This document shows, in pieces, positions 36,702 to 45,812 of a DNA stretch of 54,020 bases. The position numbers and the translations under genes are program-made. The notes under the pieces are model-generated. The model was not told the origin of the DNA. It made no database searches and saw nothing but the letters and a program-made list of their open reading frames with translations. Every line of letters starts with the position of its first letter. The first letter of the stretch is position 1. Source of the stretch: Bacillota bacterium (GTDB taxonomy: Bacteria > Bacillota_I > Bacilli_A > MAG-NZ); NCBI GenBank assembly GCA_965657695.1, contig CBFHOU010000001.1:1519-55538 (forward strand). The letters run 5' to 3'.

Positions 36702-36709
36702 GAGGTATT

Positions 36710-37027
36710 GTGGATACACAATTTAAAAAAGGGATTATTGAAGTGTGTGTTTTATCAGAACTAGATAAACAAGACACCTATGGCTATAGTCTAGTTAAAA
36801 ATCTTTCTGAACACTTAGACATTGGTGAAAGTACAATCTATACCATGCTACGGCGTCTAACCAATGATAAGGTTCTCGACCAATACGAAATGCAAAGCCC
36901 GGATGGTCCGACACGAAAGTACTACCGATTAACCGGTTTGGGCAAAGAACGAGCCCAACAACTGAAAAGTGATTGGCTAAAGTTTAATCAAAAAGTGAAT
37001 GCTATTTTAGGAGAAAATCATGAATAA
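36710..37027 (+). CDS. PadR family transcriptional regulator
   Basis: The GTG at 36710 lies 4 nt after GGAGG. Motifs DTYGYSLVKNL, ESTIYTMLRRL and GPTRKYYRLTGLG. Confidence 0.88.
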   Translation: MDTQFKKGIIEVCVLSELDKQDTYGYSLVKNLSEHLDIGESTIYTMLRRLTNDKVLDQYEMQSPDGPTRKYYRLTGLGKERAQQLKSDWLKFNQKVNAILGENHE

Positions 37028-38228
37028 ACAAGAATTTATCGCAGAGTTATCTCGATTACTCAAAGTAAAACCAGAAGATAAACAAAGTATTATCGAAGAA
37101 TATGAGAATTACTTTCAAGAGTCTCTTGCTGCAGGGGAACTAGAGTCTGACATTATTGCTAGTCTCGAAACACCAGCCCAGATTGCTCAAAATGCGAATG
37201 CAGAGCTTGGTGAAGATCCCAAAGTCAGATATCAAGAAAATGATGAACAAGAAACAAGGAAAGAGAAGTATGATGACTGGGTAGATTCTGACTTTATCGA
37301 CAATTTAGAAAAAGATATCGAAAAAGCAGTTCATGCTTCTGAAAAAGCGGTAAAGAAAGCGGCAAAAGCCATCGATAAAACCGTTCGCGGGATTGATTTT
37401 AAGTCCGTCTTGGATAATGTCATGGATACCGTAGACAAGGTCGTTGATAAAGCAGCGTCATACGACTTTAAAGGTCGCGTGGATGAGGCCGCTATGCGAT
37501 TTGATCAATCGAAGATTGAAACGTATCAAGTCAGTGATGATCATTTGCATATCACATTCGATGACCCCAATTCTGAATCTCTGGTAGTTGAACTGGTACC
37601 GGGTCAACAAGCACTCATGGTTAAGTATTTACCGACAAATCTAAAGTGCGAACTCCATCTCAACAATGATACGTTTCATGTATCAATAGAACCAACCAGT
37701 ATTAAGTTTTCTGAGCGAAAACGAATGAGAATTTACATTCCTGAGTCGATCAAAACTTTAACAGTCGATGGGAATTGTCCAGTAACTTTTAATGATGTAG
37801 ATGTCGCAAGCACAATCAACATCACGAGTGCACCAGTTGTTATTAAGAAAATGGTGTCTGAACATGTGACAATGAACGCAACTAATAATCCGATTACAAT
37901 CAAACACTCACAAATTGACCATATAAATGTTACTGCAATGAACGGTCCGATCTCGTTAAAGGATATTAAATCGAATAAACTTCAACTGCACCTTCAAAAT
38001 GGACCATTATCATTAAAAGACCTTCGCGTTGAAGAATTATGGGTCAATGGTCTAAATGGTCCTAAATCTTTTAAAGATGTAGTTGCCGAAGAAATCACTC
38101 TTCAAGTTTCAGGTGGCCCTTTAAGTATTTCTGACTGTAAGGCAAAACGTATTAGTGGTGTTATAAGCGGAACACTATTTCATCAATCAAACTGTAGTTT
38201 CGAAGAAAACCAGTTGGTAAAATCATGA
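37020..38228 (+). CDS. DUF1700 (HAAS-like) N-terminal domain fused to a DUF4097-like beta-repeat domain; no TM segment
   Basis: It overlaps the padR stop. The N-terminus MNKQEFIAELSRLL..DKQSIIEEYENYFQES..IASLETPAQIAQ is typical of PadR-partner DUF1700. The C-terminus carries repeats NGPISLKD / NGPLSLKD / NGPKSFKD / GGPLSISD. Confidence 0.75.
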   Translation: MNKQEFIAELSRLLKVKPEDKQSIIEEYENYFQESLAAGELESDIIASLETPAQIAQNANAELGEDPKVRYQENDEQETRKEKYDDWVDSDFIDNLEKDIEKAVHASEKAVKKAAKAIDKTVRGIDFKSVLDNVMDTVDKVVDKAASYDFKGRVDEAAMRFDQSKIETYQVSDDHLHITFDDPNSESLVVELVPGQQALMVKYLPTNLKCELHLNNDTFHVSIEPTSIKFSERKRMRIYIPESIKTLTVDGNCPVTFNDVDVASTINITSAPVVIKKMVSEHVTMNATNNPITIKHSQIDHINVTAMNGPISLKDIKSNKLQLHLQNGPLSLKDLRVEELWVNGLNGPKSFKDVVAEEITLQVSGGPLSISDCKAKRISGVISGTLFHQSNCSFEENQLVKS

Positions 38229-38368
38229 AACCATCTGCAAGACTTATTGTTGCCGTAGTATTAGGAATTATCGCCATATCCATTGCGATTCAATTACTAC
38301 CATTCGTTCTTGGATTACTCATTGTTTATTATATGTACTACCGATTTATTAAAAAGGAGGAATTATGA
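38225..38368 (+). CDS. 47-aa two-helix micro membrane protein
   Basis: ATGA overlap with the upstream gene. Translation is MKPSARLIVAVVLGIIAISIAIQLLPFVLGLLIVYYMYYRFIKKEEL. Not in the ORF track. Confidence 0.55.
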   Translation: MKPSARLIVAVVLGIIAISIAIQLLPFVLGLLIVYYMYYRFIKKEEL

Positions 38369-38514
38369 TCTCAGGGTTTATTAAATTATTTATCATTGGA
38401 TTTATCTTATTAGCCGTATTAGATATTGCCGCCTCGATGCTACCTTATGTCATTGTTGGTTATGTGGCTGTGTATCTGTATCGTCGCTACGGAAAGCGTG
38501 AAATGAGCCTTTAA
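38365..38514 (+). CDS. 49-aa two-helix micro membrane protein (paralogue of the preceding one)
   Basis: ATGA overlap, with AGGAGG 4 nt upstream. Translation is MISGFIKLFIIGFILLAVLDIAASMLPYVIVGYVAVYLYRRYGKREMSL. A terminator follows. Confidence 0.6.
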   Translation: MISGFIKLFIIGFILLAVLDIAASMLPYVIVGYVAVYLYRRYGKREMSL

Positions 38515-38526
38515 GGCTCATTTTTT
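38504..38526 (+). terminator. Intrinsic terminator of the padR operon
   Basis: TGAGCCT-tta-AGGCTCA followed by TTTTTT. Confidence 0.8.
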
Positions 38527-38548
38527 GTACAATGAAGTTGGTGATAAT

Positions 38549-38938
38549 ATGATCAAATTTAAAGCAGATAATTTAGGATGTGGGGACTGCCGTATGAAAG
38601 CAGTCAGTGGTCTAATTGCTTCTGGAGCTAAGAAGGTATCGTTTGATGTACCTGAGTCATTAATCTTTGTGGATGAGGGTAACCTAACTACTGAACAATG
38701 TATCGCTTTAATTGAGAAGGAATCCATCTTTATTGAAGGTGTTGTCAAAGATAAAATTGTCTATGTTATTGAGTTCAATGAACTGGATGTTAAATTGCTC
38801 TCATCAACATTGGCTCACTTTGAACCTGAGATTTCTCTAGAGCACCAAACTATAACAATTGATTCGAATGCGGACCTGTATGATTTTGAGGATTTGCTTG
38901 GTATTTATGGGTACTCCGTAAAAGATAAACGAGCATGA
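38549..38938 (+). CDS. Hypothetical protein with an N-terminal HMA-like (CxxC) domain plus a Cys-less second half
   Basis: MIKFKADNLGCGDCRMKAVSGL resembles the GMxCxxC metal-binding loop. The ATG at 38549 is preferred because the track's TTG at 38525 lies inside the terminator T-run. Confidence 0.5.
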   Translation: MIKFKADNLGCGDCRMKAVSGLIASGAKKVSFDVPESLIFVDEGNLTTEQCIALIEKESIFIEGVVKDKIVYVIEFNELDVKLLSSTLAHFEPEISLEHQTITIDSNADLYDFEDLLGIYGYSVKDKRA

Positions 38939-38943
38939 GTATC

Positions 38944-38968
38944 AAAAGGGGATAGACTCCCCTTTTTT
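38944..38968 (+). terminator. Intrinsic terminator
   Basis: AAAAGGGGA-tagac-TCCCCTTTTTT. Confidence 0.8.
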
Positions 38969-39027
38969 CATTCTCAGTCGGCTAGATTTGATACAATAAT
39001 AAGGCAAGTTTTTGTGTAGGATGACAA

Positions 39028-39393
39028 ATGAAAAAAGCCGACATTATTCTAGTTGCAGTTATATTGTTTGCTTCATTAGCAGGTTTTTTTCTCTTGCGTT
39101 CATCTGCAGAGACGTACTTTTTAGAAATCATTTTTGACGGGGAGCGAATCCACTATCAAGAAATTACCTCTTCCACTAATGAGCAACTTACAATTAAAGA
39201 AATAGGCGAAGTGATGATTATGATTGAAGACGGGGTAGTTGATGTTGTAAGTGCAACTGAAAATCCGAACCAGATTTGTGTCTATGCATCGACGATTTCA
39301 CAAGATTCTTGGAACCCAACGATTATTTGTGCGCCAAATAAACTTACCATTCGTATCATTGGTGGGGCTCCCGTTGTGGATGTAATCATTTAA
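39028..39393 (+). CDS. NusG domain II-like (DUF1312) membrane-anchored protein
   Basis: N-terminal TM anchor, then ...IMIEDGVVDVVSATENPNQICVY...IICAPNKLTIRIIGG. It sits directly upstream of ecfA1. Confidence 0.6.
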   Translation: MKKADIILVAVILFASLAGFFLLRSSAETYFLEIIFDGERIHYQEITSSTNEQLTIKEIGEVMIMIEDGVVDVVSATENPNQICVYASTISQDSWNPTIICAPNKLTIRIIGGAPVVDVII

Positions 39394-40202
39394 TGAAACC
39401 AATTATCGATTGCCAAAACATCTCTTACTACTATATTGAAGAAGAAGGAGAGGTTATTAAAAACCTCAGCCTTTCTATTGCACAGGGTGAATGGGTTTGT
39501 GTTCTTGGACCCAATGGTTCAGGAAAATCCACGCTGTCTAAATTGATTGCTGGTATTATCAGTCCACGTCAAGGTCAGATTTTGATCCATGATGAAGTGA
39601 TGTTTCAAACAAACTATCACCTTCGTCGTAATATCGGAATGGTGTTTCAAAATCCTGATAACCAATTCGTAGGCTCGACCGTTAAGGATGACATTGCATT
39701 TGGGTTGGAGAACAATCAAATTCCCCAAGCGGATATGGACCCACGAATTCAACAATATGCAGAACTTGTCGGGATGGAGTCGTTTCTAGAACAAGAACCC
39801 CAGCATTTGTCTGGTGGAGAAAAGCAGCGAGTTGCGATAGCCTCCGTGTTGGCCTTGCAAACCGAAATTCTATTACTTGATGAAGCGACTTCTATGCTGG
39901 ATCCAATGTCCCGTCAAGAAGTGTTAGAAACCATCAAATCATTAAGAAAGTTAAATAAGACTGTGATTTCTATTACTCACGATGTGAACGAAGCATTACT
40001 TGCAGACCGGATTATCATTATGGTTGAGGGTCGCATGATTGCTCAAGGAACACCACGTGAGATTTTCATGAACCCTGATTTATTAGCTAAAGCGAATTTA
40101 GAGGTGTTACCAAGCATTCGTTTAGCCTATGAACTCCAAAAGCAAAATTATTCCAATAAGGAGGTCCTTGATTTCTTATGGGAATATCCTTTCAACAAGT
40201 AG
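39393..40202 (+). CDS. ecfA1: ECF transporter ATPase component 1
   Basis: Motifs GPNGSGKST, LSGGEKQRVAIA and LLLDEATSMLD. The order ecfA-ecfA'-ecfT-truA fits. Confidence 0.92.
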   Translation: MKPIIDCQNISYYYIEEEGEVIKNLSLSIAQGEWVCVLGPNGSGKSTLSKLIAGIISPRQGQILIHDEVMFQTNYHLRRNIGMVFQNPDNQFVGSTVKDDIAFGLENNQIPQADMDPRIQQYAELVGMESFLEQEPQHLSGGEKQRVAIASVLALQTEILLLDEATSMLDPMSRQEVLETIKSLRKLNKTVISITHDVNEALLADRIIIMVEGRMIAQGTPREIFMNPDLLAKANLEVLPSIRLAYELQKQNYSNKEVLDFLWEYPFNK

Positions 40203-41020
40203 GGTACCAATACCCAACGCTTACAACGAAAAAATGGGCAATTAAAGATATAAATGTAACCATTGAGAGCACCCAAGAATTCGTTGCAGTAGTTGGGCAT
40301 ACAGGTAGTGGCAAAAGCACGTTAGTTCAACATATGAACGCTCTACTCCTAGCAACCATGGGGAGTGTTAGTGTTTTTGGTCATCCCGCGGCAAAGGGAA
40401 AACCTTTGACACCGATTCGGAAAAAGGTGGGAATGGTTTTTCAGTTTCCTGAGTATCAATTGTTTGAAGAAACGGTAGAAAAAGACATTATGTTCGGACC
40501 GTTAAACTTTGGACAATCCAAAGAAAAAGCGAAGGAACTTGCTCACCAAATGATTTCAATTGTAGGACTCGATGAAGAACTTCTTTTCCGGTCTCCATTT
40601 TCGTTATCCGGTGGTCAAATGCGACGTGTTGCAATTGCAGGAATTTTAGCAATGGAGCCAAATATACTTATTTTAGATGAGCCTACGGTGGGGTTAGACC
40701 CTGCGGGACAAAAGAGTATGATGGATTTGTTTCGAATGCTCACTGAAGATTATGGAAAGACGATTATCATTGTTACGCATGATATGAATGTGGTGGCTGA
40801 ATATACCAGCCGCGTTCTGGTGATGAATCAAGGCTCAATGGCTTTTGACGGATCCCCTGAGGATTTGTTTTCGAATCAAGAGCTTCTCGACGAATGTAAT
40901 TTAGATATACCTTCTGTTAGTCGCATAGTGAAGGACGTAAGCACTGCATTTGGGTACTCGATGGAGGAGACTCCTTTATCAATAAACGAAGCAGTAGCGT
41001 TTATTAAGGAGAAGACCTAA
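40178..41020 (+). CDS. ecfA2: ECF transporter ATPase component 2
   Basis: Motifs GHTGSGKST, LSGGQMRRVAIA and LILDEPTVGLD. Confidence 0.92.
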   Translation: MGISFQQVGYQYPTLTTKKWAIKDINVTIESTQEFVAVVGHTGSGKSTLVQHMNALLLATMGSVSVFGHPAAKGKPLTPIRKKVGMVFQFPEYQLFEETVEKDIMFGPLNFGQSKEKAKELAHQMISIVGLDEELLFRSPFSLSGGQMRRVAIAGILAMEPNILILDEPTVGLDPAGQKSMMDLFRMLTEDYGKTIIIVTHDMNVVAEYTSRVLVMNQGSMAFDGSPEDLFSNQELLDECNLDIPSVSRIVKDVSTAFGYSMEETPLSINEAVAFIKEKT

Positions 41021-41973
41021 TGCAAGTCGTGATCGGTCAATATATTCCAGCAAACAGCTGGGTTCATCGCTTGGATCCACGCACTAAGTTGATAGGGCTT
41101 TTGTTGCTTATAGTCTCTACTTTCCTAATTCAACAACTGATAACGATGGTTGGGTTGCTAGTAGTTGTTATTCTATTCTTTGCCACTTCAAAAGTTCCTT
41201 TACAGCGATTTCTTAAAGGAATCGCACCGTTATTGTTTTTATTAACGTTTACTGTAGTCTTCCAACTTTTACTTAATCGTCAAGGAACACTCTTATACGA
41301 GTCATCCTCTTCGCTGAATGCGTACTCCATTGCAGCTATCGTTGGGATTATTATTTTGTATCAACTGGTTAAGCGATTTGTACCTCTCCGCTTCATTCTA
41401 TTTTTGAGTAGTTTGGGTGCAATCTTTTTAGCTCTTCAACTTCAGGGTCCTTTTGTTATTTGGGCGTTTAATATTTCAATTTATGAAGGTGGAGTGACTT
41501 TCGCTTTATTTTTAGTCACTAGAATCGTTATTCTAATTACCTTATCTTCATTATTGACCCTCACAACAAAACCAACTGATTTAAATAATGGATTAGAGGA
41601 AGTAATGAAGCCACTGAAGAAACTTCGAGTCCCAACAAGTGAGATTGCAATGATGATTGCGATTGCATTGCGATTCATTCCTACACTTCTTGATGAAGCA
41701 AATAAAATAATGAAAGCTCAAGCATCACGTGGGGTTGATTTTGAAGAAGGGACACTACGCCAAAAAGTAACTCAAATCATCTCCTTGCTAATTCCAATGT
41801 TTATTATTAGCTTTAAGCGAGCAGATGAACTTGCAAACGCCATGGAAGCAAGGGGTTATGCGCCAGGGAAAGACCGAACAAAATATGCCGTTTTTTCGAT
41901 GAAGTTCTCTGATTATGCAGTAATTATTATTACATTACTATGGATTCCAGGAGTAGTTATTTTTGGGCTATAG
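41020..41973 (+). CDS. ecfT: ECF transporter transmembrane (T) component
   Basis: N-terminus GQYIPANSWVHRLDPRTKL, with Ala-Arg-Gly motifs (ASRGVDF, MEARGY). At 317 aa it is somewhat long. Confidence 0.9.
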   Translation: MQVVIGQYIPANSWVHRLDPRTKLIGLLLLIVSTFLIQQLITMVGLLVVVILFFATSKVPLQRFLKGIAPLLFLLTFTVVFQLLLNRQGTLLYESSSSLNAYSIAAIVGIIILYQLVKRFVPLRFILFLSSLGAIFLALQLQGPFVIWAFNISIYEGGVTFALFLVTRIVILITLSSLLTLTTKPTDLNNGLEEVMKPLKKLRVPTSEIAMMIAIALRFIPTLLDEANKIMKAQASRGVDFEEGTLRQKVTQIISLLIPMFIISFKRADELANAMEARGYAPGKDRTKYAVFSMKFSDYAVIIITLLWIPGVVIFGL

Positions 41974-42694
41974 AGTGAAGTGTATTGTTAGTTATGATGG
42001 AACCAATTATCATGGCTGGCAACGCCAATCTAATTCTCCAAGTATCCAAGCAACCATTGAAGAAAGCCTACAGCGGCTGAACAATGGTGTTTTCATTCCG
42101 ATTCATGGAGCCTCTAGAACAGATCAAGGGGTTCATGCATTGGCTCAAGTTTTTCATTTTGATAGCGAACTCGATATTCCGATTGAACGGATGGCACTAG
42201 CAATCAATACATACTTGCCTCAGGATATTTTTATCGTGTCCGCAACGCAAGTTGATTCCTTGTTTCATGCACGAAAATCTGCAAAAAGTAAGACATATGA
42301 GTACCGGTTACGACTCAATGATTATTCGCCACTAGACCGACACACAAAAGGTTTTATCAAAGGAACGTATAATCTATCCAAGATGCAACAAGAACTTTCA
42401 AGCATTATTGGAACACACTCCTTTGAATCACTAACCCAAGATGCCGATTATGACTCGTATGAGAGAACAATCTATGAAGCAACCATTATAACCACCGACT
42501 ATGGATTGTTGTTGAGGATCTCAGGGAATGGATTTTTACGACATATGGTTCGTATATTGATGGGAACTCTGTTAGATATCGGTTCGGAAAAAACAAAGTC
42601 GATACAAGAACTTATTAGCCTCAAAGACCGGACTCAAGCAGGTATCAAAGTTGGACCAGAAGGGTTATACTTAATCAAGGTACTATATGAATAA
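41963..42694 (+). CDS. truA: tRNA pseudouridine(38-40) synthase
   Basis: Motifs VSYDGTNYHGWQRQ and GASRTDQGVHA. The start is the TTG at 41963 (AGGAG 9 nt upstream) or the GTG at 41975. Confidence 0.92.
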   Translation: MGYRVKCIVSYDGTNYHGWQRQSNSPSIQATIEESLQRLNNGVFIPIHGASRTDQGVHALAQVFHFDSELDIPIERMALAINTYLPQDIFIVSATQVDSLFHARKSAKSKTYEYRLRLNDYSPLDRHTKGFIKGTYNLSKMQQELSSIIGTHSFESLTQDADYDSYERTIYEATIITTDYGLLLRISGNGFLRHMVRILMGTLLDIGSEKTKSIQELISLKDRTQAGIKVGPEGLYLIKVLYE

Positions 42695-43316
42695 TGGACT
42701 GTTTATCACCTTTGAAGGTGGTGAAGGAAGCGGTAAAAGCACGGTAATGGAGCATATCAAATCGCTGTTAGAGGCGAGAGGTTTTGATGTGGTGATTACA
42801 CGTGAACCTGGTGGCAGTGTCATTGGTGAAGAAATCCGTGATGTGTTACTTAAGCATGAAAATACCGGCATGGATCCATTAACCGAAAGTTATTTGTTTG
42901 CCGCTGCCCGTCGTCAGCATTTGATGGAACGAATTGTCCCCGAACTAGAGTTAGGCAAAGTTGTTTTATGTGACCGATATGTGGATTCATCGATTGTCTA
43001 TCAAGGGTATGCCAGAGCGATTGGCATTGAAAAAGTTGCTGCTATTAACAAAGTTGTCATTGAAAATTATTTACCACACATGACGTTTTTTATTGATGTC
43101 AAACCTGAAGTTGCGTTAATGCGTATTGCATCAAACCAACGCAATCAAAATCGATTGGATGTTGAGTCTCAATTGTTTCATCAAAAAGTTTATGAAGGCT
43201 ATGTTGCATTGGCTTCACAAACTCCACGAATTAAACAAATTCAAGGGGATCAATCTGTTGAGATGGTCGTTCAAGAAATTATGGCGCATCTAGAGGATTA
43301 CATGCATGAATCCTAG
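42687..43316 (+). CDS. tmk: Thymidylate kinase
   Basis: Motifs FITFEGGEGSGKST and DRYVDSS. Confidence 0.94.
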   Translation: MNNGLFITFEGGEGSGKSTVMEHIKSLLEARGFDVVITREPGGSVIGEEIRDVLLKHENTGMDPLTESYLFAAARRQHLMERIVPELELGKVVLCDRYVDSSIVYQGYARAIGIEKVAAINKVVIENYLPHMTFFIDVKPEVALMRIASNQRNQNRLDVESQLFHQKVYEGYVALASQTPRIKQIQGDQSVEMVVQEIMAHLEDYMHES

Positions 43317-44265
43317 TTTGTCGCGTCGTCAACCCTATGTAGCCTCCCTCTTACAAAAGAGCTTCGATAAGAAGCGCTTTTCACATGCCTATTTATTTGA
43401 GGGAGAAAAAGGAGCGGGTAAACGAATGATGGCCAAGGAATTAGCGGCCATGATTATCGATCCTTCCTACCCAAGTGAATCTGTCATTGCAAGTGCGATT
43501 CAGCAAGAAAGTTATGCCAATCTGTACATTATTGAACCAGAGGGACAATCGATTAAAAAGGAACAGATTCAGGATTTAATTCAGGAATTAAACAAGACTT
43601 CTTTGGTTGAGGGACCACGGGTTTATATCATTAATCATATTGATACCATGACCGCATCGGCTGCAAACAGTTTATTGAAATATTTTGAAGAACCTCATCC
43701 TAACACCCATGCAATTTTAATTACGGAGCATATTGGGCAAATCTTAAAGACAATTATTTCACGTTCGCAAATGCTCCATTTTCAACCAGTTGCAACGACG
43801 TATATTAAGGAACAATTGATCAAGAATGGCGTCTCAGCGACGAAAGCGGGATTAGCAGCTCTTTTAACAACGACTTATGAGCAAGCCAATGACTTATGTG
43901 ACCAGGAAGAATTTACCCAAATGCTCGACATTACGATTGAGCTTGGAAACATCTTGGCCAAGAAATATTACAATGCTTTAGTTTACTTTAATGAGCATGG
44001 TCGATTCATCGGGCGAGATAACATTGATTTATTCTTACAGTTATTGATATATTATGTTAAGGATATTGTGAATTATCAAACGAATCAGCCTCTGCTCTTT
44101 GATGATATGAGAAACATCAAAGAATTGGCCCAACGTCCACAATCGCAGTGGTTATCCATCCTCGAATTTTTAATGGACCAGCGTGCCCATTTACGATATT
44201 ATCCCAACGTTGGATTAATGTTAGACCGCATTATGATGCGTCTCGACAGGAGATCCTATGAGTAA
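43306..44265 (+). CDS. holB: DNA polymerase III delta' subunit
   Basis: Motif HAYLFEGEKGAGK. It sits between tmk and yaaT, as in Bacillus. Confidence 0.88.
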   Translation: MNPSLSRRQPYVASLLQKSFDKKRFSHAYLFEGEKGAGKRMMAKELAAMIIDPSYPSESVIASAIQQESYANLYIIEPEGQSIKKEQIQDLIQELNKTSLVEGPRVYIINHIDTMTASAANSLLKYFEEPHPNTHAILITEHIGQILKTIISRSQMLHFQPVATTYIKEQLIKNGVSATKAGLAALLTTTYEQANDLCDQEEFTQMLDITIELGNILAKKYYNALVYFNEHGRFIGRDNIDLFLQLLIYYVKDIVNYQTNQPLLFDDMRNIKELAQRPQSQWLSILEFLMDQRAHLRYYPNVGLMLDRIMMRLDRRSYE

Positions 44266-45073
44266 AGTCGAAGTTGTATCCGTCCAATTTACAAAGGTCG
44301 GTAAACCTTATTACTATAAGACAAAAGACATCAAGCTACAGCGTGATGATTTTGTTGTGATTGATACAGCACGCGGATTAGAGTTTGCGATGGTCCATAA
44401 AGATCCTGAGCTTAAAGAGGAAAGTGACGTCGAAGGTGAGTTGAAGTCCATTCTGCGAAAAGCAACAGAAGCCGACGTTTCCACCTATATGAATTTGCGT
44501 GAACAAGCCAAAGCCGACTTATCAACGGCTAAAATTGAAGCCTTCCGATTGGGCTTATCCATGAAGATGGTTGGTGCTGTTTGGACCTTAGATGGGAACA
44601 AACTGATTGTGACGTATACCTCAGAAGAACGTGTTGATTTTCGCGAACTAGTGAGCAAACTCTCACGAGTCTTTAACAAACGGATTGAAATGCGCCAAAT
44701 GGGAGATCGTGATGCTGCCAAGCAAATTGGTGGAATTGGAACATGTGGTCGAGAGTTATGTTGTTCTACATTTTTAACAACGTTTGACCCTGTTTCCATC
44801 AAGATGGCCAAAAACCAAGGATTGTCGCTGAATCCAGATAAAATTACGGGACCCTGTGGCAAGTTAAAATGCTGTATATCCTTTGAAGATAAAATGTATA
44901 CCGAACTCAAGGAAGGCATGCCCCAAGTGGGCGATAAAATCTCCTCCTGTGGATGTAGTTCCGGAGGCGGGTGCCGCGTCATAGACGTCAACGCATTGAA
45001 AGAACAATTTACAATGCTAAACGAAGATGGAAAACAAGTCGTGACCAAAGAGGAATACCTTGGCAATTCATGA
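44258..45073 (+). CDS. yaaT: PSP1-domain protein (YaaT / RicT-like)
   Basis: Motifs VVSVQFTKVGKPYYYK and RELCCSTFL...CGKLKCC. Confidence 0.88.
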   Translation: MSKVEVVSVQFTKVGKPYYYKTKDIKLQRDDFVVIDTARGLEFAMVHKDPELKEESDVEGELKSILRKATEADVSTYMNLREQAKADLSTAKIEAFRLGLSMKMVGAVWTLDGNKLIVTYTSEERVDFRELVSKLSRVFNKRIEMRQMGDRDAAKQIGGIGTCGRELCCSTFLTTFDPVSIKMAKNQGLSLNPDKITGPCGKLKCCISFEDKMYTELKEGMPQVGDKISSCGCSSGGGCRVIDVNALKEQFTMLNEDGKQVVTKEEYLGNS

Positions 45074-45788
45074 TTTACTACATTATCAAGGCTTATCCAT
45101 TCAACAAACACCTAATACCTTTCACTTTTCATTAGATTCTTTGCTGCTGGCTTACTATGCGCCGGTAGCTTCTACCACAAAACACATTATTGATTTGTGT
45201 TCTGGGAACGCACCTGTTCCCCTTTTTTTAAGCTTAAAAACGAAAGCAACCATAATAGGCATTGAACTTCAAAGTGAAGCGTATAACAATGCAGTCGCTT
45301 CCGTAGCAATGAACCAAAAAGAAGAGCAAATAACAATGTTTCAAGCTGATGTCAAAGGTGTTTACAAAACGATCGGCCATGACCGGTTTGATCTAGTTAC
45401 TGTCAATCCGCCTTATTACGCCACGACTAACCTGGAGCTAACCTCTAAAACTCAAACTCAAGCCCTTGCTCGGCATGAGATCAGTCTCACCCTGGAAGAC
45501 GTCTTTAACGAAGCAGCTAGGTTGTTAAAGAATAAGGGCTTGTTATGTATCATTCAGAGGGTTGAACGTCTCAATGAGATGCTAGAACTTTGTACACAAA
45601 CAAATCTTGTTCCCAAGTCCCTTCGCTTTGTCCACCCATTCATCCATGAGTCCGCGAATGTGGTTTTATTGATTGCCAAAAAAGGTGCCAAACCTGGATC
45701 ACTCGAGGTGTTGCCTCCGGTGATTACACATGAAGCAGATGGAAGCTACACCACACAAATCAACGCCATCTACCATTATGGTTCGTGA
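45060..45788 (+). CDS. SAM-dependent methyltransferase, YabB / tRNA(m6A37) TrmN6-like
   Basis: NPPY motif (VTVNPPYY) and DLCSGNAPV. The TTG start lies 5 nt after AGAGGA. Its position after yaaT matches Bacillus yabB. Confidence 0.8.
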   Translation: MAIHDLLHYQGLSIQQTPNTFHFSLDSLLLAYYAPVASTTKHIIDLCSGNAPVPLFLSLKTKATIIGIELQSEAYNNAVASVAMNQKEEQITMFQADVKGVYKTIGHDRFDLVTVNPPYYATTNLELTSKTQTQALARHEISLTLEDVFNEAARLLKNKGLLCIIQRVERLNEMLELCTQTNLVPKSLRFVHPFIHESANVVLLIAKKGAKPGSLEVLPPVITHEADGSYTTQINAIYHYGS

Positions 45789-45812
45789 TATAATATTGAT
45801 GCGAGGTATAAC

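Noticed and set aside
44485-45111. A 208-aa ORF on the - strand, fully antisense to yaaT and the start of the methyltransferase gene
   Set aside because: Its composition is Ser/Pro/Leu-rich, typical of the antisense frame of a real gene. It has no RBS. The sense genes have clear family motifs (PSP1, NPPY).
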